Shown: positions 12,589 to 26,314, counted from the stretch's first letter. The stretch: DNA of 64,000 bases from Lytechinus pictus (GCF_037042905.1 NC_087250.1:20462001-20526000), one strand, 5' to 3'. Translations and numbers: made by a program. The notes: generated by a model from the sequence alone, not told the origin.

Positions 12589-13605
12589 GTGGTCAGGGAA
12601 GAAACTGAAAAAAATAGTAATAATAAAAATCACTGTAACCTGAAGGCCTTCCTTCCGTGGTCTGCAAACACAGGCTCATATTTGACACTAACAGCTAGGT
12701 CTAGAGTAGAGACTAGAACCCCAAATTCTCTGTCTGTGTCAAATAGAGCCAGCCAAATCACCGTGGCGAATCTAGACTCACTACTACAGACTCTGCATTA
12801 GGTACTAGGAGTATTGCGAAAACAAAAAAGGTCTATGTCTGCAGACTAGTCCCTCCGCGCAACCAATGGATGCAATATGAAGACTGGTAAAAATGAAGCA
12901 TAATATGGTAACACAATTAAATAGGAATAATGACAAAAGGGGATCATCCTTAAGAACATGTTATTTTCATTTCATTTCTTTATTTCCATTACCAACATGA
13001 TCTTTTCGCACATTTTGATATACAAATATAAGAAAACATATAGCAAATTTATACAAAAATCACTTATGAATGGTGGAATGCTGTTAAAAAATTGAGTCTT
13101 TAGAGTCTGTTGGAGACCGCCATCGTGAGCGATTAAGCTTGGTAATGATGGCGGCCTCGTGATAAGGTCCATGTAATTTCTTCATCGATCAAGTGCATGG
13201 TGCAATCCAGGTGCAGCTATAAAACAGTTGATGTTTTAACTTGAAGAGTGTACGTGTTGCATATGACTGGAAGGTGTTTTTTTATTTTAAGGTTAGATTT
13301 CAAGGAGTATATAGTTGAGCATGATTCGATATTGTTTGGAAAATTGTTTCAAATATTTGGACCATAATGTCAAATAGATTTATTGAGTAAAATCAATATT
13401 AACCAGTGGAAAGTGCAAACGAAAAATTTCAATGAACTAATAAACTATTTAGGAATTGTGATTGATTCGATTGTCTATTCCATTAAAGTGGAATAACATC
13501 GAAAGAAACAGGGCTTCCACCAAACCTCCTGCTGGGGCTCGCGAATAAAAGACTTGTTCAATCGTGATCATACCACCGTATAGCCCGATAAAACTTCAGG
13601 AAATA

Positions 13606-15053
13606 TTACTGGTTAATTTGTTTGTTTCCTTCCCGTCTTTTCAGTTTCCTCATTTCTCTCTGTTTCTCACACCTCTTCCGATCCTCTTCACCCATCCTCG
13701 CCATCTTCTTCTTTCCGCATCCATGCGCCGCCTGCCTGGACTTTTTAGTTACAGCGCCACCGGCGGCAGTGGATGGTATAGTTGTGACGTCATTGAAGGG
13801 AGTGGAGACGGTGGGCTTCTTGAGGACGCATTTGCCATAGCCGTACTCATAGAAATAAGAATCTGGCTCTGCAGACGGCTCGACGTAGCATGCTAGACCA
13901 TCTCCGCATCTACCGGCCTCATCGAACGCACCGCCACATTCCTCGCCTTCCAACTGATGAGAGAGAGAAGGAGGGGGGGGGGGCAGAGAGGGAGAGATAG
14001 GAGAGTGAGGGGAGGGAGAGAAAGAGATAAAGAAAGGGGACACTGGCAATTATATACATGATATTTGATAAGAAAATGGTTTCAGTGATTGATGAGAATA
14101 AGAATATTGACTGAAATAGGATCATAATTTTTCCTGACTACTATAATTCAGAAAACAAAATCATAAAAATATGTGGCAAAAATTGAACGGTTCTTCCTTT
14201 CGTTCTCTTTTCTTTCTTTCTTTCTTTTTTTTTTTCTTTCTTTCTTTCCTTTTTTGTTCTTTCTTTCTTTCGTTCGTTCTTTTGTTTCTTTCTTTCGTCC
14301 TTTCTCTTGTTCTTTCTTTCGTTCTCACTTTCTTCCTTCCTAATTTCTTTCTTGTTTGTCTTTCTTTCTTTCCTCCCTCCCTCCCTCCCTCCCCCTTCCT
14401 CCCTTCCTTCCTTCCTTCCTGTTCCTTCCTTCCTTCCTTTCTGTTACCTTCGAGCAATCGCTCTTACAGCAGGAGCAGATATCCCATATGACTTTCGACC
14501 CGGCCGGACACTCGACATCTACCGGACAGTTTTCATCACGCCAGTCTTTGAGGGTTGAGGTATTAATGCCATACTCATGACAGATACAGCTCAGGCAATT
14601 TCCCCTTGAAATTAAAAAAAGAAGAAATGAACTTCATCTTATTTTCTGGTAACTATTTTATGTTTTAATAGAGATGTGAATAAAATTATTTCTATTGAAG
14701 ATTCGACAGCGTATAGCAAAACGTAAATAAGTGTAGACCTTAAAAAATGATCTAATTTCCTAAAACCTTCACCAGTATTTTTTTATTATTATTTCTGCCA
14801 TTTTTAAAACAAACTATTGTTCAGGGTAAACTACCCCTTTAATCATATTTATAATTAGTCTAAATTATCTTTATTAATCATAATTGATTCCGAATGAATT
14901 AAAGGGATGGATACTTTCGAAACACAATTAATCGGAAACATTTTCTGTCTCTAGTATAAGACCTCAGATTAGTTTTTCGGACCATATTAGTTCTTACCTG
15001 TCAAATAAAGCCACGGTTGCTATGACAATAAAAATCAATTTAGAAGACATCAT
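13606..15053 (-). CDS. Secreted single IGFBP-N-domain protein, paralog A, with basic tail
   Basis: Exons 15053-14998 (signal-like MMSSKLIFIVIATVALFD, phase 2), 14604-14448 (RGNCLSCICHEY...CPVDVECPAGSKVIWDICSCCKSDCSK, phase 0) and 13953-13606 (LEGEECGGAFDEAGRCGDGLAC...GKC plus Thr-rich and K/R-rich tail, stop). All GT-AG and in frame; 12 Cys in the mature domain. Probable 5'UTR exon with donor at 15655 and TATA-like motif at ~15770. Confidence 0.88.
14195..14440. repeat. Pyrimidine-rich (CTTT/CCTT) low-complexity tract in a gene A intron
   Basis: Seen directly in the sequence. Confidence 0.85.
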
Positions 15054-16203
15054 AGTTCTTGGTGTTAAGGTACCAATCGATAACAGATATAGGCCTATCT
15101 CCTGATGAGAAAACGATATTAGAAAGACAAGCCATCATGATATATTATTTAGTTTTATTCTAGTATTTGATGTTTTGTTCTAATTAATTGCTCCCGTTTC
15201 GTTTATTTTATTCGTACTCATGCAATCTTGTATTTAACATGTTTGTAAATCGAACTCCATATTTGTCGTAATATCTAATTTGATTAAAGTTTAATGCTTA
15301 TGATTAATGAACAGTGTTGATGATTTTATACAAATAAAAGGAATTAAGATATTCATTCATTCAAGAAAAGTAACAAATATACATACATTTAATAAATTCA
15401 ACATATTACAAAGCAAGTAACACTGTGTGATAAATGGAAATATTTAGTTGCACAGGTCCACATTTTAATAAAGGTCAAATTACTTGTTTTACACGGTAAT
15501 GTCACATGAATAGACACAGTACTTTTATCTTATAAAAAGATACAAGATATGATAATACTTTTCAAGAATTAAATGGAATTACTATAAAATCAAAATAATG
15601 ATTTTATTCTTTTTCAAGAAAAGTTTAGAGCGAATATTTTTTTAAAGATCCTTACCTTTTTAATGAATTCAAGGTTCATGCGTTTGATATTCTTCGGTAC
15701 AGTTGAATGTTATGAAGCCGAGCAACCTTTGTAGTATACACGAACTATAGAGATGTTTATTGAAGGGTTTATAGGCCTATATATCCAGCCTAAAATACCA
15801 CTAAATAAATATGGGTAGACAAAGGACTACGTGGGGGCATTCTGGGTATAATTCTCTTTTTATTTATATTTAGGTATAACCTGGATTTTAAGCTGTTTTT
15901 CGCAACCGCAACGCAGAACGCTTTCGAGAACCTAGATAACCTATAAATAATCAAATGCCCTTCACGACAATGAAAGCTTTGTCGAGGGTTGGTGAATTGA
16001 AATAGTATAGTTTCGCCCTGGACTCGCCCTGAATAAACGACTTATTTGCAAATTTTCGTCAGCTCCGAGGAGCAGGACGAAACTGCTGTTCCGGTTCACC
16101 AATTTCGATAAAGACCCCCCTCCCGATACATTCTTATTTTTGGGGCATTTTTTTTATTTTACTGTATTATTGAAGTCGTTCTGCGTCCTGGTGCGAACAC
16201 TCC

Positions 16204-16466
16204 TTAAGGGACAAGTCCACCCCAACAAAAAATTGATTTGAAGGAAAAGAGAGAAAAAAAAATCATCGACTGACTCATTTTGCATGACACTGAGTTGAGC
16301 ATATCACTGTGTTGTGTTTTTTTTTAAATAGGCGAAACTTTAAAATGCCATAACTTTTTTATTTTACATCCGATTTTTCCTGAAATTTTCAGCGTTATGC
16401 TAGTTTGATTTTTCTCTATTCATTCAAATCAACATTTTTTTCTGGGGTGCTGGTCTTGACCTTTAA
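16204..16466. mobile_element. Kolobok-like MITE (short, internally deleted copy)
   Basis: TTAAGGGACAAGTCCACCCC...GGTCTTGACCTTTAA; related longer copies at 25273-25850 and ~47860-48693. Confidence 0.65.
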
Positions 16467-16574
16467 TGACAAGCTCAAACCCCGGATCAGTTACAACAGG
16501 CAAACAAATAGAGGACCGGGGAAGGGGGTCTATCTTTGGTTTCGAGAGGAGATCAATGTCCCATCTCATAGAGG

Positions 16575-16638
16575 CACTAGCGTACCTACGGGGGGGGGCA
16601 GGGGGGGCACTCTGCCCCCCCTGACGAGATTTTGAAGA

Positions 16639-16673
<35 letters not shown>

Positions 16674-16719
16674 TGTCAAATTTTTTCTGGTACGAAAATC
16701 TGTATTTTGTATTGATGAC

Positions 16720-16755
<36 letters not shown>

Positions 16756-16952
16756 TGTCAAATTTTTTCTGGTACGAAAATCTTTATTTTGTATTGATGA
16801 CCCATTTTTTTTTTTTTTTTTTTTTTTTGCTTGTCAAATTTTTTCTGGTACGAAAATCTGTATTTTGTATTGATGACCCCTTTTTTTTTTTTTTTTTTTT
16901 TTTGCTTGTCAAATTTTTTCTGGTACGAAAATCTTTATTTTGTATTGATGAC

Positions 16953-16990
<38 letters not shown>

Positions 16991-17122
16991 TGTCAAATTT
17001 TTTCTGGTACGAAAATCTTTATTTTGTATTGATAACCCCTTTTTTTTTTTTTTTTTTTTGCTTGTCAAATTTTTGGGCGGCCAATTTTGCCCCCCCTGTG
17101 AAAAATCCTAGGTACGCCACTG
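16575..17122. mobile_element. hAT-like MITE with internal ~77-bp poly-T-containing tandem repeat
   Basis: TIRs CACTAGCGTACCTA / TAGGTACGCCACTG and an 8-bp TSD CATAGAGG (16567-16574, 17123-17130). About five units of GCTTGTCAAATTTTTTCTGGTACGAAAATC...GACCCC(T)n. Confidence 0.85.
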
Positions 17123-17210
17123 CATAGAGGGTTACACCTGGTAACCTTACCGTTATGGCAACTACCATGGCAGCATGGCTCAATAGCCAATCTCAAGCAA
17201 GGTTTTAAAT

Positions 17211-17450
17211 GCACAGCAAAAACTGTGGTGTTAACCGGTGTACATGGAGGACCACACCAGTCATTTTACACCGGTGTTAAATTGACAGTGTTAGTTTAAT
17301 ACCTATAGGTGTTATTACAGCACCTTTGGTTGCTACATTTACACTCTTTGGTGTTATGTTCAATCTCTAGGGTGTAATTTTAACACCTCAGTGTGTGGTC
17401 CTCTATTAACATCAACTGGTGTCAGTTTTAACACCACAGTTTTTACAGTG
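17211..17450. mobile_element. CACTA/EnSpm-like (CACWG-ended) MITE
   Basis: CACAGCAAAAACTGTGGTGTTAA...TTAACACCACAGTTTTTACAGTG inverted ends. Confidence 0.65.
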
Positions 17451-17629
17451 TAGCTATATACAATAATGACAAAGTTTTAACAGAGAGGGAGAGGGAAATG
17501 GGGGAACTGACATACCCAAAATATTATCTTGCCTATACATGTGGATGCTCCAAATCAGACCAGAAATGCGGGGAGAGAAAGAGGTAGAGCTATAGGCCTT
17601 ATTCAAAGACCAAGTTAAGGGGGAGACTA

Positions 17630-18370
17630 CACTGTTAGAAAATTTATCCTTAAAATAAAAGAAGTTCCTAGCTGCAGCAGAGTCTCGAGAACACCTGTAA
17701 TCTTACCAGATTGCGTAATCTTACAGGAAATTGGTATTTGGTGTATGGAACCTTACAAATTTCCTTAAATAAAACAGTCTTTTCCCCTTTTTAAACAGAC
17801 CTGTTCTCTTAAATTGCAGAAAAATTCCTATTATGAATTTACAGAATGATTCTGTCATTGCTTTTTGCAAAATCTTCTGTTTTTCTGTAAAATTAGGTTG
17901 TTTTTTTTCGCATACATTCGTAATTCCGAAGCTTCGTTATTCCGAAGGTTCGGATATTCCGAAGGTTCGTTATTCCGAAGGTTCGTATTTCCGAAGGTTC
18001 GTAATTCCGAAGGTTCGTTAGTCCGAAAACGAAATGAGGTTCGTTATTCCGAAGGTTCGTTAGTCCGAAAACTAAATGATTAACTAACCTTATTTCGTTT
18101 TCGGACTAACGAACCTTCGGAACAACGAACCTTATTTCGTTTTCGGATTAACGAACCTTCGGAACATCGAACCTTATTTCGTTTTCAGATTATTGAACCT
18201 TCGGAATAACGCCACAAATGTTCGGATTAACGAACCCTTTTACGTTTTCGGATTAACGAACATCGAGGTATAGGCAATTTACGTGTTTCGGAATTACGAA
18301 CCTTCGGAATAAAGAACCTTCGGAATTACGAACCTTCGGAATTAAGAAGTGTAACCTTTTTTTAACAGTG
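17630..18370. mobile_element. CACTG-ended MITE carrying an inverted array of 19-bp-based repeats
   Basis: TA|CACTGTTA...TAACAGTG|TA. The left ~250 bp match the array-free copy at 41938-42212. ~17915-18345 consists of TTCCGAAGGTTCG units that switch orientation at ~18080. Confidence 0.75.
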
Positions 18371-19213
18371 TACAAAATCTCTTGTCTATTACTTGTAAAA
18401 AGGGGCGATAAGAATGGGGAGGAGACAGCCCCAAGATATATCGTGCTCATATTCTGATATTACCTCAAGTTCACCCACTTGTGAATTTCAGTCGAGTAGC
18501 AAACTGGCATTCATAAATAATCCTGAGTTTTGATTGTTCTGCAGGGACGAGTTGGTATAATTGTAGATTAATCTGTAATTCTGATTTTAAAAAACCCGGG
18601 AAAAACCATATACTTTTTAACAGAAATTACTTATCTTACAACAATATGTACTTTTTTACCGGAATCTCGTTGATTACACAATGATACGAACTTTTGTATA
18701 TACTAGATCAAGGTTTTACAGGACGGTATAGCTAGATAACAATGGAAATGTCGTGTGCGCATCAATAGTTTGTTCAAAGATAAGGTTTGTATGTATTATT
18801 ACGAGAATACGAAGAATCTCGAGTTAAAACTATCTTATTTATTTACCCTGATACGAAATGCTCTGGAAACAGAGAATTGTCAATGGAATTGCAAGCTCAG
18901 GCCCAAACAAAGCTGATATCATATCTATGTATAAACGATATCTCGAACAAGCGTGTACATCGTCGTAACCCTCACGCACCCTAACACCCGCAATCGACCC
19001 ACACACGCACACATGACTCCCAAAGCCCACGCAGTAATCATGGTTAATTAATGAGTTCATAGGCCTATACGTTATGTTTATTGAAAATGAAAAAAAAAAA
19101 CACTTTGCTCGTCCGGTTAATGTCCCTGTTTTCCCGGTAGAAAAAAAAAATATCAATCCAGAAATAATGTAGAATGCCTTATTCTATTATTTTTTGGTTT
19201 TCATCATATTCTA

Positions 19214-19450
19214 ATTCTTCCCCCTCTCCCTCTCCTCCTCCTTCTCTTTTTCCTCTCCTTCTCTTTCTTCTTCTTCTTCCTTTTCTTCTTCTTCTTCGAT
19301 CTTTTTTCTTCTTCTTCTAATTCTACTTCTCCTTCTTCTCCTTCTTCTTTTTCTTCTTTTTCTTCTTCTTTTTCTTCTTCTTCTTCTTCTTTTTCTTCCT
19401 CTTCTTCTTCTTCAACTCCCCATCCCTTCTTCCTCCTGTTCTTTTCTTAG
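19214..19450. repeat. (TTC)n-type microsatellite / low complexity
   Basis: Seen directly; similar tracts at ~28920-29005 and ~29477-29605. Confidence 0.9.
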
Positions 19451-19968
19451 ATAAAGAAGACATATTGTATATCTTCTTTTAAAGTACAGAGCTTCTCGTA
19501 TTACCCCGAGTTATCAGTAGTCCTGTTGCGAGATGATTATTGAAGAGGCCCCGAAGTGACAAGATCGAAGGCGACCATACCAATTTGCGAATTACAGTGG
19601 TGCTCAAAATTTAGTAAGCCCCACAGAAAATGAACATATTTAGAGTGTTAAAGTTCTGCCATGTTTATGTGAAGTCAGGTGGTAAAATATTGCATTTAAA
19701 AAGGTTTGTGAACTCTTGGCTTGCCGAACATTGTGAGGTTGTTGTCTACATTCAATTCTCAGAATCCATCTGGGTCTTATTATGCTTATTGAAACCTTTT
19801 GAAATCGGTTTTATTTACATTTCAAAAGGGTATCGAAGAGAACATATGAAGTCCTCACTACTTTACTTGAATGTTTATTAACCTTCTTAAATTCCTTTAA
19901 ACATATATGTCCATGTATAGGTACAGGCTTACTATGGAGTTATGAACTATATACTCATTATAAATATA

Positions 19969-20500
19969 CATTGCGTCCCAGAAAAAAGAAAACAGGGATT
20001 CCCATGTCTTTATTCTTCAAAGGCAAATGAATTATGATATTTTATTTACATAATCATATAAATCAATTATTCATCTTTATTTTGATACCAAAAATGAGAC
20101 AAACACTTCACGCATTAATGCGCAAGATGAGTTTAAAATTTAAATGTCAAAACCAGGTTGCGCAGAAATATTGGACAAGCTTGGTTCGAGATACGACGAC
20201 CGTGCCTATTTTCGACGATTGGACTCATTAGCATTGCTTTTGTATTCTTTGTTAAGATTCTCTCCCTGATCACTGAAATGAGAGTGGATTCAGATTCACA
20301 CGTGAGTTTCTGCGCAAATCGTTTCTGATATGTCTCAATATTTATTGTTTGTTATCTGCCATGAGTGAACGATTTGCTAAGCTGTTGGTTTCAAATTAGA
20401 GATGAGATTCCAATCTTGCCATGAGTATCAGTAAAATCATATTTGATAATTTGTGAAATCCATCTCTGAAAACGGGTTTCCTTTTTTATGGGACGCACTG
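19969..20500. mobile_element. Tc1/mariner-like MITE
   Basis: TA|CATTGCGTCCCAGAAAAAAG...CTTTTTTATGGGACGCACTG|TA; a second, right-truncated copy at ~34881-35340. Confidence 0.8.
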
Positions 20501-22663
20501 TATGTAGCGGGGGGGGGGCATCAGCCCCCGCTACATACAGTAAAAAAGGAAACCCGTTTTCAGAGATGGAATTCACAAATTATTCAGCCCCCCCCCCACT
20601 TTTTTCCAAAAGCGTGTACAAAAACGTAAAATTACCATATGATTGTGATTTTTTGCATGGTCAGCCCCCCCCCCCCCTACTTTAAAACCGTTCCGCGGAC
20701 CCTGGTATTTATGATATACAAAAAAACGCAAAAGTAAAAAGGAACAAAGTGAGGATTCCGAAGCTCTTAGAAGAAGAAATAATACAACAAGAACGTGAAA
20801 CATGCAGTTAAGAAAAGCAAACTTACGAAATTTTCAATAAACAACAACAGAAATAAGAGAAAGAAATACATTCATGCTGATGAGGTCAATGACAACCTGA
20901 CACGGAAGGTCAAGAACATGTGACGTCACACTGCTGTGAAATTAGAACTCGATCACCGTGAGAAAGAAAACATTTCCAATCACACTAGACCCCCCAACAT
21001 TTTAACAATCTTTAGGTTTTATATTTGGGTAAGGAATTTCTTTCGACATGTCGGAACTTCATTGTGAGATTCATTTTACTCTTTGAAAGTCTTATGGTAC
21101 ATTTGTTGATCTTCCATAGCCATGATAGCGCTGGACTGCTGCAGCACCGCTATGTCAAATTTCATAGCACGCTTTTTGCACTTCACGGCGATGCGCGAGA
21201 AAAGCTGCATCGTCACGTGACGCTATTCTACCAATCGCTACGCTTGATATCATATACATGGTTTATAAAATGTGATATTCACCTTTCGCGCGATATGACG
21301 AGATGTCAGATGATGTACTAAGAATCAATGTAAAAATAGAAGATCTGAAATAAGACAGAGAGAGAGAGAGAGATGAGACTGGGAAAAAGAAAGTCTTTAG
21401 GGAACAGAACGGTCCCCGTCGGTTTAATAAGATCGATGTCACGTGACATGAAAGTCACAATTTATGACCGCCAGGAAAACAGTAAAATAATATTTTCTTT
21501 AAGTTGAATAATGTCATTTATCATACATTTCGACTTGTAATTGATGGAACGGAAAAAGCTATATCTCTTTCGACTTGGGCCCCGTTTCATAGATACTTGT
21601 TATCATAAGAAACGAACGACATTTATAAGAATTTTAATATCAGCCAATCAAATCGAATGATTTCAGTAGCTTTAAACTGTAATAGCAAATTTGTTATTAT
21701 AACAGGTTTTATGAAACGGACTCTTGCTCATCATCAAAGACTATCTGTATTTTTTCCTCTGCCTAATTTAGGCTTTACTTGCTTTAATAAAAGGACATTT
21801 AAAATTATTATATTCCATTGGTGATATCGGAATATATTCTCATATATTTGCTAAGCAAACAGAAACATGACTCGTTGTAATAAGTTGCCTTTCATTCACC
21901 AGATAATTTCGTGATATTAATTTAAAAAAAATAATAATAATAAAAATTAACAATAAAGATGTACATCGATGATTCAATGCAAAAAGTTATTGAAGTATTT
22001 TATTTGTGTAAAAGGCTGTATATAAGAATCTCACTGAAATATTATGAACATTTTAAAACCATGCTTGAACTTAACTTCTCTGCTAACACAAGACAACACG
22101 TTACGGGGTTGAGAATGGTAAAATTGTGACAGCTAATGTCACCGGTGGATCCAATATTTCATGAGGGGGCGAAGAATGTTTACAGATTTGTAAAGAATTG
22201 TACGCTAAGTTGCAGGGGAGGGGTGGACACCCTGTATTTAAGCCTAATTGGCCCCAATATTTCCAACTTTTTTTTGGTATATCAACTTAGTGCCAGGAAA
22301 TACCACGACGAAACGGTTACGGCTACGAAACGCTAGACCTTCAAAAGTGATAACATTATGATGTCGTACTACGTCACAATAGTCATGATAGTTCACGATA
22401 TCAGAGAGAGTGAATGGTCGGATGTCAGCCAGATGCCGGAAGGCTAACATTTGCAAACTTCCAGACGAATCGAAAGTGGCCAAAATAAAGCTTCAGGGTG
22501 TCCAAGAAAATCGGACACAAACACTCTCACATCATGCACATAAATCTATGCTTTTTCAAAGCTTTTGTCATAGGCATTGTTATTCGTTATTATCAGTGTT
22601 ATTAGAAATATTACTATTATTTTTATTGTTATTATTATTAGTAGTAGTAGTATTAGTTGTAGA

Positions 22664-22695
<32 letters not shown>

Positions 22696-22753
22696 CAGCA
22701 ACAGTATGATGATTTTTATCATCATCATATTTTTCATCATCACCACCACCATC

Positions 22754-23619
22754 CAGAGGCGTCGATCCTGGGGGGGGGGGGGGGGGCAGGGGGGGCAATC
22801 GCCCCACCAATGAAAATATTGGGGGGGCAAACATATCGTTTTGCCCCCCCAATAATTCCATATGTGCAACTAAAAAATAAAGTAAGATTGTAATGTTACA
22901 CTGAAATAAGCAAGCGAGATTGAGATAACAATTCGTTCTTTATTTAAAATCGTGCTCAAATGTCCGCTTTTCAGATTGAAATATAAAAATTTTTAGCTCG
23001 CGCTTCGCGCTCGCATCATTTCTGTAGCATAAACCCATACTTTTCGTGATTAAATTGTTTTTTATGATGATTCTTAAATGTCAGGATTTTATATCAATAA
23101 TGATCTTTTGAATTTGAATTGAGTAAATAGGTGAATAGAATGCCCCGTTTTCAGTTCTAAACCTCAAAAAAACTCCCGCTTCGATTTCAATAATCTTTTG
23201 TTGGATATAAATCTTGTTCTTTATTAAAAGCGTCAATTAAACTGTCTTTTTTTTCAGATGGAAATATCAAAATTTTCAGCTCGCGCTTCGCGCTCGCATC
23301 TATTGTTCTTCTAGATACCCATCTTAATCATTGGTACCAACAATGCTTAGAATATCAAGCTTTCAGGTCAGAATATAAAGAAATTTCATCTCACTCTCGG
23401 CACTCGCATTATCTGTGTAGTGAGATACATGTATCTATCCTCCTTATGAGTTACTACAAACAAACCTAAACAGGTACATTTTTCCTGTTTTCATGTCAGC
23501 CAGTATACTAAAAAAATTCAGCTCGCGCTTCGCGCTCGCATTAATTTGTTGGTGAGCCTGAGATATGTGTCTCTTTCTCATGAGTCATATATGTATATAA
23601 TATAAATATATATATATAT

Positions 23620-23688
<69 letters not shown>

Positions 23689-23821
23689 TATATATAATAT
23701 ATGCCTATGTGTGTGTGTGGGAGGGTGTGGGTGAGTTTATTCGTTTTGTGTGATCGAGCGCCTTGGAAACATTGATTCATGATTTTGCCCCCCCAATCTG
23801 AAAAATGGATCGACGCCCCTG
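22754..23821. mobile_element. hAT-like non-autonomous element
   Basis: TIRs CAGAGGCGTCGATCC / GGATCGACGCCCCTG and an 8-bp TSD CCACCATC. Internal GCTCGCGCTTCGCGCTCGCAT repeats and (TA)n. Confidence 0.85.
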
Positions 23822-25003
23822 CCACCATCATCATCATCCTCATCAACATCATCAATTTCGTACCATTTTTATTTTTCATTATCAATAGTATCATTAATAT
23901 CCTTAATACTATATAATTATGTCATTTATTAATTGCTGTGATGTGTCGTTCTTTTTATAGTACGTTATATTTTCAAACTAGAATTGGGCTTATTCTTGCT
24001 TTTACCAACTTTCTTTAATAGATTATTCTCATTTGGCTACTCTCTAAATGCAAAGAAGATAATTTGGTCCCTAATCACATTCCTCTCAGAGTGAGATAAG
24101 GGACCACTCCTGATAGAATGAGATTTCAATCTTTCAAGAGTGAATTTTTACCCTTATTTGGAGTGAAAGTGTGCATTTTTTTTACACTTTCACTCCAAAA
24201 GGGAAAAGTTCACTCTTGCAAGATTTAAATCTCATTCCATCAAGACTTGTCCCTCGTCTCATTAGGGACCAGGGGCCCGTTTCATAAAGAGTTGCAACTG
24301 TTGTAACTTTGCCATTATGGCAACTACCATGGTAACCTTGATTTTGATTGGCTGCTGAGCCCTGTTGTCATGGTACTTGCCAAAATGGAAAGTAACAACA
24401 GTTGCGAACCGGGCCCCTGCTTGGCTCATTGCATTTAAAGAGTAGACAATTTTTCTAACACCCTATATAACCATTTCAGAGAAATTTCCAAAGGTCAACA
24501 GCATTGCCAAGTCTAGTTGTAAAAGAAAACTAGAAGATATTCAGACTGATTGGATCGGATTGAGAGAGTTTCCTCGTCTGATCCGAAAAAGACTAGTCTT
24601 TTTTTGCAGACATTCAATCAGTCGACAATTTAAAATATTGTGTTATTGTTAAATGTGTACTATTTGCCGTTTGACAGAAAGTTTGTCTTACCATTTTTTC
24701 TAATATCTATAATCTTATAAAGGGGCGGTAGTTGCCCCCCCCCCCCGAAATTTGGAAACCTTATTCATTTTTACAGATTCATATTTTTATCAAAATTCAC
24801 CGAGATTGTGCATGAAATTCTTTGATGTCACTTAATTAGAAAATATTAATTAGAAAATTTAAAAATGCCCCCATGACAATCTCGGACGCTTCGCTCTCCT
24901 ACTTTCGATTTTGTTTAAGCCCATCTCCCCTCCCCCCCCCCGAAAAAAATCTGCGTACTGCCATATTCTGGATATCTGTATTGTAACTGCAAGTATAATC
25001 CTA

Positions 25004-25150
25004 CAGGGGCCGCGGGACGGTTTTCAAAGTGGGGGGGGGGGGGCTGAGCCAAAAGTGGGGGGCTGACCATGCAAAAATCACAATCGTATGGTCATTTTTG
25101 CGTTTTTGTACACGGCTTTGTAAAAAAGTCCCCCGGTTCCGCGGCCCCTG
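25004..25150. mobile_element. MITE with CAGGGGCCGCGG TIRs and 5-bp TSD (hAT5-like)
   Basis: TSD TCCTA; sister copy 50276-50454 has TSD TATGT; a partial inverted copy lies at ~20583-20704. Confidence 0.8.
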
Positions 25151-25272
25151 TCCTACACTCTAAAATAATATAAAAGAATTTGAATAAAGATCTTGTCATA
25201 GTGCACAAATATCTACCATTATATTTTAATGAATAGTCTGTGTTTTAAGACTGACAAGAATCTTGTCATATC

Positions 25273-25850
25273 TTAAAGGTCAAGTCCACCCCAGGAAAAT
25301 GTTGATTTTTATCAATAGAGAAAAATTAAACAAGCAAAACCCTGAAAATTTCATCAAAATTGGATGTAAAATAAGAAAGTATCGCTTATTTTTCACAAAA
25401 TAGTTATTCAGTAATATGCAAATTAAAAGGTCGATAATGTCCCTCACTCACTATTCCTTTTGTTTTTTGGTTTGAATTATACGATATTTATTTTTTACAC
25501 ATTTTACATTAAACTTTACTGAACCTAAAGTGTTTAAAATATTTGGTAATTCAACATGTACAGGGAGGAATAAACCTTGTTTCGTAGGACGTTGAGGAGA
25601 AAATGGAATATTTCATATTTCAAATAATAAAATACAAACAAATAATGAGTGAGTGACGTTATCAGTCCCCTCATTTGCATACAGACCAGGATTTGCATAT
25701 AATTGTTTGTGAAATTAAGTGAAAACTTTAAAATGTCATAATTTTCTTATTTTACATCAGATTTTGATTAAATTGTCAGTGTTACGCTTTTTGTATTTTT
25801 TCTCTTTTTATTCAAGTCAACGTTATTGTTGGGATGAACTTGTCATTTAA
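25273..25850. mobile_element. Kolobok-like MITE
   Basis: TTAAAGGTCAAGTCCACCCC...GGGATGAACTTGTCATTTAA. Confidence 0.7.
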
Positions 25851-26194
25851 TAGAAATTCTTGGCCTTTCCATTTAAACATAGATCTACTCATTTTCAGAT
25901 TTGTGTGGATTGTTTTACAGTTATCTTCAATTGTTTTGTGGGAATGTCGAGTCACCAATAAGAACAATAAATTATGAACGTCAAAAAGGCCCGCAGGTTC
26001 GAAGTAACGGGTCTGCAAACCAAAACCTAAGAAATGCGACGTCACAAAAGTGGGCCGAACTTCCCATTCAGTGCGCATGTCACAACTTGGAGCCATCAAC
26101 TTGTTTAGTAAACAACATTTCGACTCTTTTTTTTCTGTCTCTAGCTCTGTGTGGGCGATATTTGCTTTCCGAAGCATTATAAAAGAAGAGCGAA

Positions 26195-26314
26195 GTATAA
26201 ATATTTCATCACTTCACGTCTCTTCACCTATTTTCGCTGGATTATCCGACATTTAACTGAACACTTCTATTGTTTTTTAAGGAACACAATTTGAGACGTT
26301 GTTGAATTAAGGAG
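26195..26314 (+). promoter_or_regulatory. Candidate TATA box and non-coding first exon of gene B
   Basis: GTATAAATA at ~26195, donor GAG|GTAAGA at 26314, and acceptor TTTCAG at 26868 just before the ATG. Confidence 0.5.

Noticed and set aside
14161..14580. Several K/E/R-rich or F/L/S-rich ORFs
   Set aside because: They derive from an intronic pyrimidine tract; only 14448-14604 (minus) is a real exon.
16429..17127. Poly-K/poly-F ORFs and a regularly spaced repeat that resembles a CRISPR array
   Set aside because: The spacers are just poly-T inside a hAT-like MITE with an 8-bp TSD; eukaryotic context and no cas genes.
17915..18345. Short-repeat array as a CRISPR or coding repeat
   Set aside because: No unique spacers; it is an inverted tandem array within a MITE.
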